Source of the DNA: a virus
Taxonomy: Duplodnaviria; Caudoviricetes
Virus record (IMG/VR): IMGVR_UViG_3300033076_001039
Coordinates: 1-64,000 of that record
Reading direction: 5' to 3' (one strand)
Length of the DNA: 64,000 nucleotides
Below the pieces are notes generated by a model, which worked only from the letters and a program-made list of their open reading frames with translations, ran no database searches and was not told the DNA's origin. This document shows positions 7,802 to 18,300 of the stretch, one piece after another (the stretch's first letter is position 1; every line of letters starts with the position of its first letter). The position numbers were made by a program, and so were the translations under genes.

Positions 7802-10785
7802 TATATACTACAATCTATATTAATATTTATTCCAACATTCAGAGTTAATGTCTCCTGTAGATTTTGAGTAATACAATTTAAATTTGTAATTGTTAACTCA
7901 TTACCATTTAGAAAATAAGTATAACCATAATTGTATAGTGTTGGTAAATAATCTATTAGAGCATTCCTCCATTCAGTATTAGTCGGTACATCGTTGTACC
8001 CATAACCATTATAGAATGTGTCCTGTATTAATATATCACCACCAATACGTAAGTCAACAAACCATTCAGTTTGAACTGAGTTTTGTTGACATTGGTTTAG
8101 AGTTAACCCACTTGATGCCAACATGACAGTAATTCTATTGGCAAGAATACTATCAAAATTAGAAACGTTAATGTCCCCGTTCAACCATGGATATATATTA
8201 AAATCAACATATTCTGTACTACAAGTGTAATCAAATATGTTTGATATTATAAAACATGGTTCAACAGGTACTGGTACAAATTGACAACCCCTCTGTCTTC
8301 TATATACAAACTTTTGTTTGTGAAGAACTGAGTTTTCTAATCTAACCCCTCCATTCCAAATCGTAGTTGCAGGAACCATTTGTTCAACTAACTTTGTCCA
8401 ATAAGGACCAATACCATTCACATAATCAATAAGTTTTTGATATGTATATTTGTTGTTTGGTAAACCTACAGTTTGTTCAGACTCAATATACTTCCACCAT
8501 ATAGATTGTAATGTCGGATAACCCCCTGTTTTACCATCTGAAATATATTGTCTATTTCTTGTGTTAATCATATTCTGCCAAAAAGTTTGGGAGAATTCGA
8601 AGAATGTTTTCTTTTTTGGTTTTGGGTCAACATATGTCCAATCAACCCCACCAGGTACGGGATAACCAATTGTCAATCCTGATTCAGGTATTGGGTAATC
8701 ATATTTTCTTGATTGGTCCCAAACGTCATAAACTAAACCTTGGGCAGGATTTAAGAATATATCTACATTCTTAACGTTTAATACTAATTTTTCATTATCA
8801 ACGAAATAGTATGCGTTATAATCTCCTTGGGTTGACACCCTAATTTTGTCATCATCTGCTAACCATGACTTATTATTATCAACAACTTTTTGTAGTTTGA
8901 ATCCTTCAGTCATATAAGGGAAATCCCTAAATCTATTTAAATAAGTTTGACCATAAGTGAACGGTTGTAATTGTGTTTGAATATCAAAATTTTGGCCTGT
9001 ATAAACATTCCCTGTTATTGTCACAGCGTCAGGACTTCTATGTTCAGGTGTTGATTCATACCAACCAGAACCTATTTGGAAGAAATAATTTTCAGTATTT
9101 ACAGGTGCATTAGGATAACCCAAAGCGTCCATTGGATAATCTTCTAATGTAATATTAACATCTTGATAAGTAGAATTCGTTGTAAATGCGGTGAATATCT
9201 GACCGTGGATACTATAAGTCTGTCCTTGAGCATATGTTGGGGTTTGTTGAACATAAGTTCCTCCCGATATTTGAGCCCACTGTGTGTAGAATTGGTCTAA
9301 ATTAATTCTTTGGTCCGCCAAGTATATATGTTCGTTATATTCTATCAAAGAGTCAGGTGCGCCTATTAATCTTAATAAAAATTCAACAGACCTTCTAGTT
9401 CCTTTTGATTTAAACAAGTAAGACGCATTTAAAATTAAATTTCTGTAGTACGCATAATTTAATTCAGTTGGCGTAAGAGCTCTTGCATATCCTGGGTATG
9501 TCGGTGTTGATGTATTACCAAACACAGACTCCAAGAAATCCTCATTAGTTATTGGTGAAAAATTGGATGACCAACCTAATGTTTGTGACAAGTTAACCAA
9601 CAATTGAGATGGTATATCATTCGAAGGATTATAGTTTACAGAATTCATGTACGCTAAACCTTCGATAAAAGTTTTAATTTGGTCAAAACTTCTACCATAT
9701 ATTTGGAATATTTTTTCAACTTTTCTACCTAAAGTATCGAACTCTTTTAACGAATCAGAAACTAAAAATCTTGATATTAAATTTGTTTTAAATGAATCCA
9801 AATTCACCGCAATTGCTTGAATTTGTTCCAAATACCCATCAAATAAAAATGACCTAATGTCTAAATTCCATGGTCCATCTTTTGGCCAAGTAACTTGTTG
9901 ATAATCCGTATAAGTCTGACCATATTCATTTTGTTGTGGTACTTGGAATACTGCAGTATATTCAGGTCGAACTAATCTATTAACCAAAAATTTCTCAACC
10001 TCATCAAAATCTTCTTGAAAAGTCTTGTCCACAATATAGTCATTCGGTCTTATTTGGAATTCTTGCTGAATTGTAGTTGCAGTGGTACCAAAAGGAGAAC
10101 CTGAAACATAAAATGATAATACACCTGACGATAATGTTTGTGATGGAGTAAATGAAAGTATTTTAAAAATATCATCATTAATACTCACACAATAATCCAA
10201 ATAAGTATTACTAAGATTTCTGTATTTTGATGTTATGATTTCACTTGCCGCCAAGTTGGTTGAAGCACTAACCGAATAATCAATATCAAATGGATTTCGG
10301 ATTCTATCAACGTTGACTTTAAAATACGTTTCGTCCGCCTGAACGTCATAAACTATATCATATGCGGTGTTACCTGTAATGTAATCATCATTACTAAATT
10401 GAATGTCTAAAGATGCAGGAAAAAAGTTAATTATCTTTGTAATGGAAACTCTAAATCTTTCCGATAAAGAGCCATACATTGAAAAGTTAAGAACTTGAGT
10501 AATATCAAAATTTGGATAAACCCTAAATTGGGTTGCCAATATCTTTCTACTCTGTTCAAGACTCTCGATGTTCATCGCGTCTAACGTCATTGGTTCAGAG
10601 AACGCCCCTACATTAAATGTTCTGTTAACTTTTTCAGTTACACCTGTCGTAAATTCAAAATTACCTTGCGTAAGTCCTCCACCCTCAACAGTTTGTAATC
10701 CTACAATGTTGTCGGAAAAAGTACCCGCACCATTTCCTGGTCTTGGTGGGTAAAAGAATTTAGTATTTTTTGTGTTTACCGCCAT
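7801..10785 (-). CDS. Baseplate wedge protein (P2 gpI/T4 gp7-like), enlarged
   Basis: Motif LSQTLGW...YRNLILNASYLFKSKGTRRSVEFLLRLIG is typical of gpI-like wedge proteins; baseplate context. Confidence 0.6.
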   Translation of the reverse strand: MAVNTKNTKFFYPPRPGNGAGTFSDNIVGLQTVEGGGLTQGNFEFTTGVTEKVNRTFNVGAFSEPMTLDAMNIESLEQSRKILATQFRVYPNFDITQVLNFSMYGSLSERFRVSITKIINFFPASLDIQFSNDDYITGNTAYDIVYDVQADETYFKVNVDRIRNPFDIDYSVSASTNLAASEIITSKYRNLSNTYLDYCVSINDDIFKILSFTPSQTLSSGVLSFYVSGSPFGTTATTIQQEFQIRPNDYIVDKTFQEDFDEVEKFLVNRLVRPEYTAVFQVPQQNEYGQTYTDYQQVTWPKDGPWNLDIRSFLFDGYLEQIQAIAVNLDSFKTNLISRFLVSDSLKEFDTLGRKVEKIFQIYGRSFDQIKTFIEGLAYMNSVNYNPSNDIPSQLLVNLSQTLGWSSNFSPITNEDFLESVFGNTSTPTYPGYARALTPTELNYAYYRNLILNASYLFKSKGTRRSVEFLLRLIGAPDSLIEYNEHIYLADQRINLDQFYTQWAQISGGTYVQQTPTYAQGQTYSIHGQIFTAFTTNSTYQDVNITLEDYPMDALGYPNAPVNTENYFFQIGSGWYESTPEHRSPDAVTITGNVYTGQNFDIQTQLQPFTYGQTYLNRFRDFPYMTEGFKLQKVVDNNKSWLADDDKIRVSTQGDYNAYYFVDNEKLVLNVKNVDIFLNPAQGLVYDVWDQSRKYDYPIPESGLTIGYPVPGGVDWTYVDPKPKKKTFFEFSQTFWQNMINTRNRQYISDGKTGGYPTLQSIWWKYIESEQTVGLPNNKYTYQKLIDYVNGIGPYWTKLVEQMVPATTIWNGGVRLENSVLHKQKFVYRRQRGCQFVPVPVEPCFIISNIFDYTCSTEYVDFNIYPWLNGDINVSNFDSILANRITVMLASSGLTLNQCQQNSVQTEWFVDLRIGGDILIQDTFYNGYGYNDVPTNTEWRNALIDYLPTLYNYGYTYFLNGNELTITNLNCITQNLQETLTLNVGININIDCSI

Positions 10786-11693
10786 TAACTAGTTATGTTT
10801 GTGAAGTTTTTACTGAAGTCAATATTATTACCTCTACTTTGTCTAACCTCATAAAGTAATGCGTTAAATTGGTCTCTAATTTCATACAAGTTGTACTGTC
10901 TATATATGTTATTTTGAGTGTCGTAGATTGTGTAGATACCATCATCAATAGATTTGGTTTGATTACCATAAAGAGCAATCGCAAGAGATGATACGTCGTA
11001 CTCAACCATTTCAATTTCCAAAGTAATTGGGTTAAAATATGTGTTTGAAATAATAATATTTTGATTTGGTTGTCCAATAAACGGTGTTGAATTTGGGTTG
11101 TTTGTTGGCGATGAAGATGGAGATAGTGTTAAGAAAATTAAATTTGAATTTCCATCAACATATCTATATCTAATACTTTTTTGTGTCGTATTTGTTTCAT
11201 TTGTTACCACGGGTTCACAGAAGAACGATGAAGTCACAACTCTAAAGAAATTAGGAATCTTTGAGCCGTCAGGATTTAAGTATTCAATTCTAAATCCAAC
11301 CAATCCTTGAGGTACAAATTTATTTTGGTATTGTACAGGAACATTTGTAATGTCAATTACAATTCCTTTTACGTTTGGTAATGCGTTTAACACACCACAA
11401 TCTGTAATTCTTGTTCTTATTTGAGCAGGTCTTAAATAAAGTGTGTAAATTCCAAGAGCATTGAACTGTTCTGCAGGTAATGTTAAATTATATAACCCCC
11501 CTAACACTTCAACACCTGCGTTTCCACCTGTTTGAGTATTATTGAAGTAAGGCTTAAGAATTGTTTGTGCATCCAGTTGTGTTAGGGTAAAATTGTCCGT
11601 AACATCCCTTGATGGTGTATAATTCATAATAATCTGAACGTCTTCTGGTGAGACATCACTTGGTCGTATTGTGCCGTATGAACCTATTGCCAT
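10785..11693 (-). CDS. Hypothetical virion structural protein
   Basis: 302-aa ORF, TAATG-coupled, preceded by TATTTAT; no recognised motif. Confidence 0.55.
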   Translation of the reverse strand: MAIGSYGTIRPSDVSPEDVQIIMNYTPSRDVTDNFTLTQLDAQTILKPYFNNTQTGGNAGVEVLGGLYNLTLPAEQFNALGIYTLYLRPAQIRTRITDCGVLNALPNVKGIVIDITNVPVQYQNKFVPQGLVGFRIEYLNPDGSKIPNFFRVVTSSFFCEPVVTNETNTTQKSIRYRYVDGNSNLIFLTLSPSSSPTNNPNSTPFIGQPNQNIIISNTYFNPITLEIEMVEYDVSSLAIALYGNQTKSIDDGIYTIYDTQNNIYRQYNLYEIRDQFNALLYEVRQSRGNNIDFSKNFTNITS

Positions 11694-11715
11694 ATCTTTT
11701 TATCTTATAAATAGT

Positions 11716-12825
11716 TTAGTTCTTTTTTTCAACGTTAAAAAATCCATATCCGTAGTTAATCATATCACCTAAATTATCAACTTCACCCATTCTTTGAATT
11801 CTTTCGTATGCTGAGTTTTTACCTCTTTCAACAAAAACATTTGTTTGGACTTGTGCTTGGTCAACAACTTTTAATAATACTTCTTCTTTTGTTATTGGTC
11901 TTGATGTTAAATTATTCTCAGTAAATCCTGATGATTGTTCAAAAAATATTGTGGTACCATCAGCATAATCATAGTAATCAACTGAATTAACTGTATAGGC
12001 AGTAAATGTTGCACCTGTATTTGTTATCGCACCCCATATCTGACCGTTTTTAATTACAGGAACACCAACTTGATATTTGAATGGTCCATACATAGCCAAT
12101 TCATTTAATTTGGATTTTGTTAAACCTGAAACGGTAAAAGGTACTGTAGTAAAATTATTTGATGTTTGTGCAGAAACTACGTTAACCGCATCTCCTGAAA
12201 ATATATAATCATAACTTATTGGTGTCTCAAACCAATTACCCCCCGCAGGAATAAAAAATGCCTCACCATTTGGATTATTAATTACAACATCACTATAAGG
12301 TGTGGTGATTGTTTTTTGAACTTTAGTCACACCCCAAGGGTTAGTCTGTTTTAAAGTAATCGTATATTGAGCATTTGCAACAGGATATGTATGTGAAATC
12401 GAATTTGGTGTGTACGCACTTATTATTTCATCGGATGTACCATCACCCCAATTCACAGTATATACCGATAATTCTAAAAACTTTTGAAACTCACTTGATG
12501 TGTTGTAGATATTATAAACGTATGGGTCTACAGTCGTTGAGGAGAATATGAAATTTGCAACTACATCTTTTTGTAAAACTGCACCATCAAAAGGACTATA
12601 ATATCCAAAATCTACTGCGGTTTGTCTAATCAATATTGGGATAGTTAATCCTGTTAGTAATGAACTTCCATTAGGACCTCCCGTTAAAACTTGGGTCATA
12701 CCTGAATAAATCCCTGTGGTCTCACCACTGTAATTAGATGAGACGTTCTGACCCTGCATGTTAACAGTAAAAATATCACCCTTAATTGTTTCGGGGGAAA
12801 TTATAATATTATAAAAATCTTCCAT
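11716..12825 (-). CDS. Putative structural protein with PKD-like Ig domain
   Basis: YTVNWGDG...ISHTY...YTITL matches the PKD signature. Confidence 0.6.
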   Translation of the reverse strand: MEDFYNIIISPETIKGDIFTVNMQGQNVSSNYSGETTGIYSGMTQVLTGGPNGSSLLTGLTIPILIRQTAVDFGYYSPFDGAVLQKDVVANFIFSSTTVDPYVYNIYNTSSEFQKFLELSVYTVNWGDGTSDEIISAYTPNSISHTYPVANAQYTITLKQTNPWGVTKVQKTITTPYSDVVINNPNGEAFFIPAGGNWFETPISYDYIFSGDAVNVVSAQTSNNFTTVPFTVSGLTKSKLNELAMYGPFKYQVGVPVIKNGQIWGAITNTGATFTAYTVNSVDYYDYADGTTIFFEQSSGFTENNLTSRPITKEEVLLKVVDQAQVQTNVFVERGKNSAYERIQRMGEVDNLGDMINYGYGFFNVEKKN

Positions 12826-13646
12826 TATGGGTTAACATATTCATACCATTTTATGGGTTGTAGAGTCCCGGCTCTTTCACCATCATTCAAATAAATTGTT
12901 TGATTTGGATTCATATTGAATACTTGATATTCTTGATTTGTATAATCAAGATGAACCCTATAATAGAAATACTGTGAATTATCAAAAACGTACTTATTAC
13001 CAGGTAATGATGATTGTGGCATATTCATCATTTTTACAAACACACCTTGTTTTGCGTCATAAAATTTGGCTGTCATGTAAAAAGTATCAATATCCAAAAA
13101 GTTTCTTTTCTTTAACCAATAAATGAAGAAACCTTCTTTATCCCCCACATAATCTAAAACAAATGAAGGTTTTTTGATTGATACGTTAGTTGTTTGCATA
13201 ATCGTATCCATCTTTAATCCTTGTTGGGTCGGTATGATTATCGTGATATAATTCTTCTGTCTTTTTTCATCAAAATTATCATACAAATCGAGTTTGAAAA
13301 ATGAGTTAGAAAAATTATTAGAATAATAATAAATCTCTTGTGTTGTAAATCCCTCGGCAATATAATTGGTAACCCAATTAGACTCAACATCTAATGAACT
13401 ACCTGAGTAAAAATTAAACTCATATTTAATATCTGTCGGTTCAATAGTAGTACCCGTTAATGGTGTGTGAGCAAATCTACTAACTTCAAAATCTCTACCA
13501 GTTCCAATAACTTCCGTGATAACTTCAGACTCATATTCATCAATACTTTGGTCCAATCCAAGGTAATCCCAAGTAAATTGGACGGGTATTGTCAACTGAT
13601 TGTTCACAAAACCATTTTGTCTAATTTGTATTTTATTCACATTCAT
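12825..13646 (-). CDS. Hypothetical virion structural protein
   Basis: 273-aa ORF overlapping both neighbours in the baseplate operon. Confidence 0.55.
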   Translation of the reverse strand: MNVNKIQIRQNGFVNNQLTIPVQFTWDYLGLDQSIDEYESEVITEVIGTGRDFEVSRFAHTPLTGTTIEPTDIKYEFNFYSGSSLDVESNWVTNYIAEGFTTQEIYYYSNNFSNSFFKLDLYDNFDEKRQKNYITIIIPTQQGLKMDTIMQTTNVSIKKPSFVLDYVGDKEGFFIYWLKKRNFLDIDTFYMTAKFYDAKQGVFVKMMNMPQSSLPGNKYVFDNSQYFYYRVHLDYTNQEYQVFNMNPNQTIYLNDGERAGTLQPIKWYEYVNP

Positions 13647-15321
13647 CTATTAATGGTTTTATTGAGTATTGAACACCCAACGTATTGTAGTTTATTCCTT
13701 CAGGTATCAATCTGAATATGACATCTTTGAATGGGTATTGTGCACTATTCATAAATGGATAATCCACGCCTCTTTCTAGATTATCTTTAAACCCATAACT
13801 ATATAAATCTCTCCATCTGAATTGTTGGTCAGTAGATGAGTAATATGAATAGAATGGAACATTATCTACTTGTCCAACATTTGCAGTTTCAATGTAATCC
13901 GAAAAAACTCTAATAGTCATTGATGTGTGTGGTTTGTAGTAATACCCAGGACTATTCGTACTATAATTGTCGGTAGTTTGAAAGACGTTTTGATTGTAAT
14001 TAATTTTTTGATAATATGGTGATACAACTCTTTCAATTTGGTCATAATCATTCCATTCACAAAAATCCCCATCAATTATATCACCAATTTTTAAATCTTG
14101 ATTATAATAAAATGTTTTAGTTACACCACTTGTTAAGGTATAAGCCGAAGTTTGAATATTAGTATCTGAGTCATTGTTTGTTAATTCCCACCAACTGCTT
14201 GTTGGCGTAGTAATATTAAACTCCCATCCTTGTTTTAATCCAATACCATTATTTGGTTGATTGAAATATCCTGTATATCCTTTATTAATGATTGTCAAAA
14301 ATAATTCACTTACAGGTCTTTTTTGATTATCTAACACCCCAAAAAGATTTAAGTCATCAGCAACCGTAATATTGTAAGAATTACTACTTGTTTTCTGTGA
14401 TATTCGGGAAACTTGATTTGGTGTAATAGAACTATATTCAAATTTCTTTTCTTCACCGAACACATTTTTTTCAAAACCATTTTTAGTTATAATACAACCA
14501 TCAACATTTGTTAAAATTTTATGTCTTCTAACATAATATTTTGATTTAGTTTCCGTTATATTATCAGGATTAACAACTCTTTTAAAGGTACCTGTAACCC
14601 CATTTGCAAATGTTGTACCTGTATATCCAAAATTATATAGATTGAATATGTATTCATCACTATCAAATTCACCACTACCTAATGAATACACTTGAAACAA
14701 ATTGGTTTGGTTATAAAAAAATGATAGTTCAACATATTCACCAGCCAAAAGTCCGTGAGGGGCAATACATTGGAACCTTATAACATTACTACCATTTTGA
14801 GTTCCATTATTAATTGAGAATGGTATTCCTTCAGATGCAACCCAATTTAGAGAAGTGTTATTTAACTCATACGACATTTGTTTTGTATCATCATTTTCAG
14901 ACGCATAACTCACATAATATGTCCAATTATAGGTATATGCACTTTTTGCCTTGTATTCAATGTGTTGGTCTTTTATATCAGGTCTATAAAAATCAAACTC
15001 ATAATATTGTGGAAATCCTTTCCAAACACCACTTACGGTTGATTGTACTGGGTCAACATAATACAAGTTATTCTTAAATGGAATGTATTCTGTAGTACCA
15101 GTATATGTATTAGCATATAAGTAATTAACTTTAAAAGTGGGTCTGAAAGTTGATGAGGATTGTCTTTCATCATCATACACTTGAGCCAAACTTATACTCT
15201 GGCTTCTATCATATTCAACAATTTGTTGGGCCTGTTGTTCCAAAGATATTGACAATTCTTGGTCAACAAAGGGAGCCGACTTGTATTTCTGACTACTTGG
15301 TATGATAGTATACTTATTCAC
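13633..15321 (-). CDS. Hypothetical virion structural protein
   Basis: 562-aa Tyr/Asn/Thr-rich ORF overlapping both neighbours. Confidence 0.55.
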   Translation of the reverse strand: MNKYTIIPSSQKYKSAPFVDQELSISLEQQAQQIVEYDRSQSISLAQVYDDERQSSSTFRPTFKVNYLYANTYTGTTEYIPFKNNLYYVDPVQSTVSGVWKGFPQYYEFDFYRPDIKDQHIEYKAKSAYTYNWTYYVSYASENDDTKQMSYELNNTSLNWVASEGIPFSINNGTQNGSNVIRFQCIAPHGLLAGEYVELSFFYNQTNLFQVYSLGSGEFDSDEYIFNLYNFGYTGTTFANGVTGTFKRVVNPDNITETKSKYYVRRHKILTNVDGCIITKNGFEKNVFGEEKKFEYSSITPNQVSRISQKTSSNSYNITVADDLNLFGVLDNQKRPVSELFLTIINKGYTGYFNQPNNGIGLKQGWEFNITTPTSSWWELTNNDSDTNIQTSAYTLTSGVTKTFYYNQDLKIGDIIDGDFCEWNDYDQIERVVSPYYQKINYNQNVFQTTDNYSTNSPGYYYKPHTSMTIRVFSDYIETANVGQVDNVPFYSYYSSTDQQFRWRDLYSYGFKDNLERGVDYPFMNSAQYPFKDVIFRLIPEGINYNTLGVQYSIKPLIDECE

Positions 15322-18300
15322 TTATAGAGTATTTTGTTTTGAATTTATCCAATGCACTGTTACCTTTAATTATTCCAAAATAAAAATGATTAGGTGCACC
15401 AACCAAGAACTTACTTAATGGAATACCCGCCATGCTATAGGAATATGCTCCGTTTGAGTTCACATTAAAAATATAACCTCTTTGATATATATCATTTGTA
15501 TTATTTGAACCAACAAAATATGTTGGTGGGTTAATGTTTCTTCTATCCAAAGATTGGTAATTAAATCCAAAAATACCAGTACTATTTAAACTCGTAGATT
15601 CATTTGTTTTCCAATTGTTTAATTGACTACCAAAAATGTTTTGAGAACCTGATTGTTTTAATTCCCACTGATAGAATGGAACATATTGTGATATAATACC
15701 ATAAGGATATGTTATCGCAGTCGCATTATTTGAAGGTCTGAAGTTGATTACCCCTGGACTTAAATAATCCTTATTCTGTAAGTCGACTGTTGTTGACGAA
15801 AAGAATACACCCATAGTTGGTGAGTAACTTGAACCTAAAATAACAACTGGGTCATCTCCTGAACCAGTTGCAACATAAAATTCAGGTGAAAATGGAATCA
15901 CCCCATATTCAGAATTAATCGACATGCTCTGTGCCAAGTCACCATCAATTCTTTTTTCTTCTCTAGTGAATAACATATCCAAACTATTATTCCCATTGAG
16001 AGGTATTTGTTCCAAAAAACTACTATTTGCAATTCTTGATATAACAAATAAATTAACTAAGTCGGATGTGTCAGAATAACTTGTAGGATTTAAAGTATTC
16101 ATTATATATGCTTTAGCAGATGCATCATAAATTATTTCCTGATAAACAGAATCTTTCATACCTAAGTTAACTATTGTTGTTGGAAATAATAGATTTCTAC
16201 TATTCGTAGGTTTAGTGAGCCCTGTTGTTGGTCTACCAATAAATCTACTTTGTGATGATAAATAAGGTGAAGACCTGTAATAAAAATTATTAGTTTTATC
16301 ATCAAAGAACACTAACTCTTTAGCAAATTCAGGTGGTAATGGTTTGTTTTCTGAGTCGTAATAAGTATCCACCTGTATTGGAAATGTGAATAAAGAACCG
16401 TTAACCCAATTATTAGTAAAAGTTTGTGATAATACTCCTCTACATAGACCATAAAAGAATCTAAATCGATACCCCCATTCACTAAAATTATCAATGTCTT
16501 TACCTATATCTTTAATAGGGTTTTTAACAAAAACATAACACCCATTTTCAACACCATCATCATAAGTACAATTGGTATTAACCCCAAAAGAATTTCCGAA
16601 CCCTTGATAACATTCTAGACCAACCATTTTTTCACAACTACCTAGAGTATTTAATACATTATCCGCAGCTAATTGTCCTTGAATGTCGGGTGTGACTTGT
16701 GAAGAACCTGTCGGATACCCTGGTGTTATATAACTTATTGTGTTGCCATCCAAAACATATACCGCAAATCCTAAATTTTGTTGTAATAAACTAACACTAC
16801 CCTCAATCACACCACTATCAATAAAATCTGAAGATGGTAATCTATCGGTTCTCATGATATTTTTCGATGAATCGGTAATGTCCAATTGACTAGTACCTGT
16901 TAATGATGGGTATAATAATGGACTAAAATATACCGTTTCAAATGCACCATAACTTTGAAGTTGTGGTGGTATCACGGCATTATTCGCAGGATAATTTTGT
17001 GGTGGTACTCCCCATGTTATTGCACCTCCTGACAAATCTTCAGAAGTATCATAATTAACTAATGAAACCGCAGTTGAGTAATATGTGTTTGACATTACTG
17101 TGGTTACTCCGTTTGCGCTTCCGTACGCCGGAGTTTGATTTACATAATTTCCAGAGTAATATGTTCCGTATGGACTAATTACCTCTCTACCACTCGAAAC
17201 CCCATCTAACGCACCATAATATCCAACATTACTTGTTGTGTATGATGAAAACTGTAACCCTGAAATGGTTGAGCCAACAAAACTTGGAGTGTAAAAATAA
17301 GATTGGAAATAAATATTATTTTGGTTATTGTGTTGTGGTATTGATGTAGGTGAACCACTTGGTATTTGTTGTATAGGTATATTTAATCTAGTACTAGCAG
17401 TAAACACCCAATTTGGGTCATTTTCACTTAAACCAAACAAAGTACCTATAGAATATTTATTTTGTAATTTAGGTGAGTATGGGTCAACACCTCTTTGTAA
17501 TACTAAAATTACTTGTTGTGTGAAATCATTTAAAAAATCCGTAGATTTTAAAGTAATCGTACTTTCTAAAGTTCTAGCCCCTGAGGGATATGCACCAGTC
17601 ACTTGTAGTTGGTAATTCTCAATTATACTGTCTTGTCTTAGTAGTCCCCCAAAAAACCCTTCATTTTGATTTGAATTTAGAACAACAGGTGTTGTTATTC
17701 CATTAACCGTTGTAGTAGTAATTGTGATTGCCGTTAAAACTTGGTAGTATTCAATATCTGAAGGGTAAACATATCTCTGACAAGTATTACCACTATTGGT
17801 TATGGTAAATTCTGCAGTACCCCCAATTGAATTTAAATAAATACAATTGTTATTTGTTATTGTTTGTGGGCCTAAAGTAGTTGCCGTGTATGTATTAATT
17901 AGAGTATTACAATCACTATATGTTATAGTACCTAAACTAGTAACATCAACAACAATATTATCAACACAACCTGAAGAAGGTATTGATGGGATAGTATAAG
18001 CAGTAGTTAGAGTATTATTAGGATTATTTGGGTCCGCATAGTTAACGTTAATGTTAAATTGATTTACTTGTAATGTACCATTAATACCATTCACAACACC
18101 GTTAGGTGTTTGTCCTGACCATAAGTAATTTTTATCAGTACTTTTTGCTGGGTCAACAAAAGACAGTAGTGTACCCGCCTCCAAACTTTTAGTCGCCAAT
18201 ACTGTTATAGTATTGTCGTAGTGATATGTTGTATTAACATCAGATGCAAATGTTACTTTAATCCTATTAATATTCTCAAAATATTTATTCCTTGTATTAA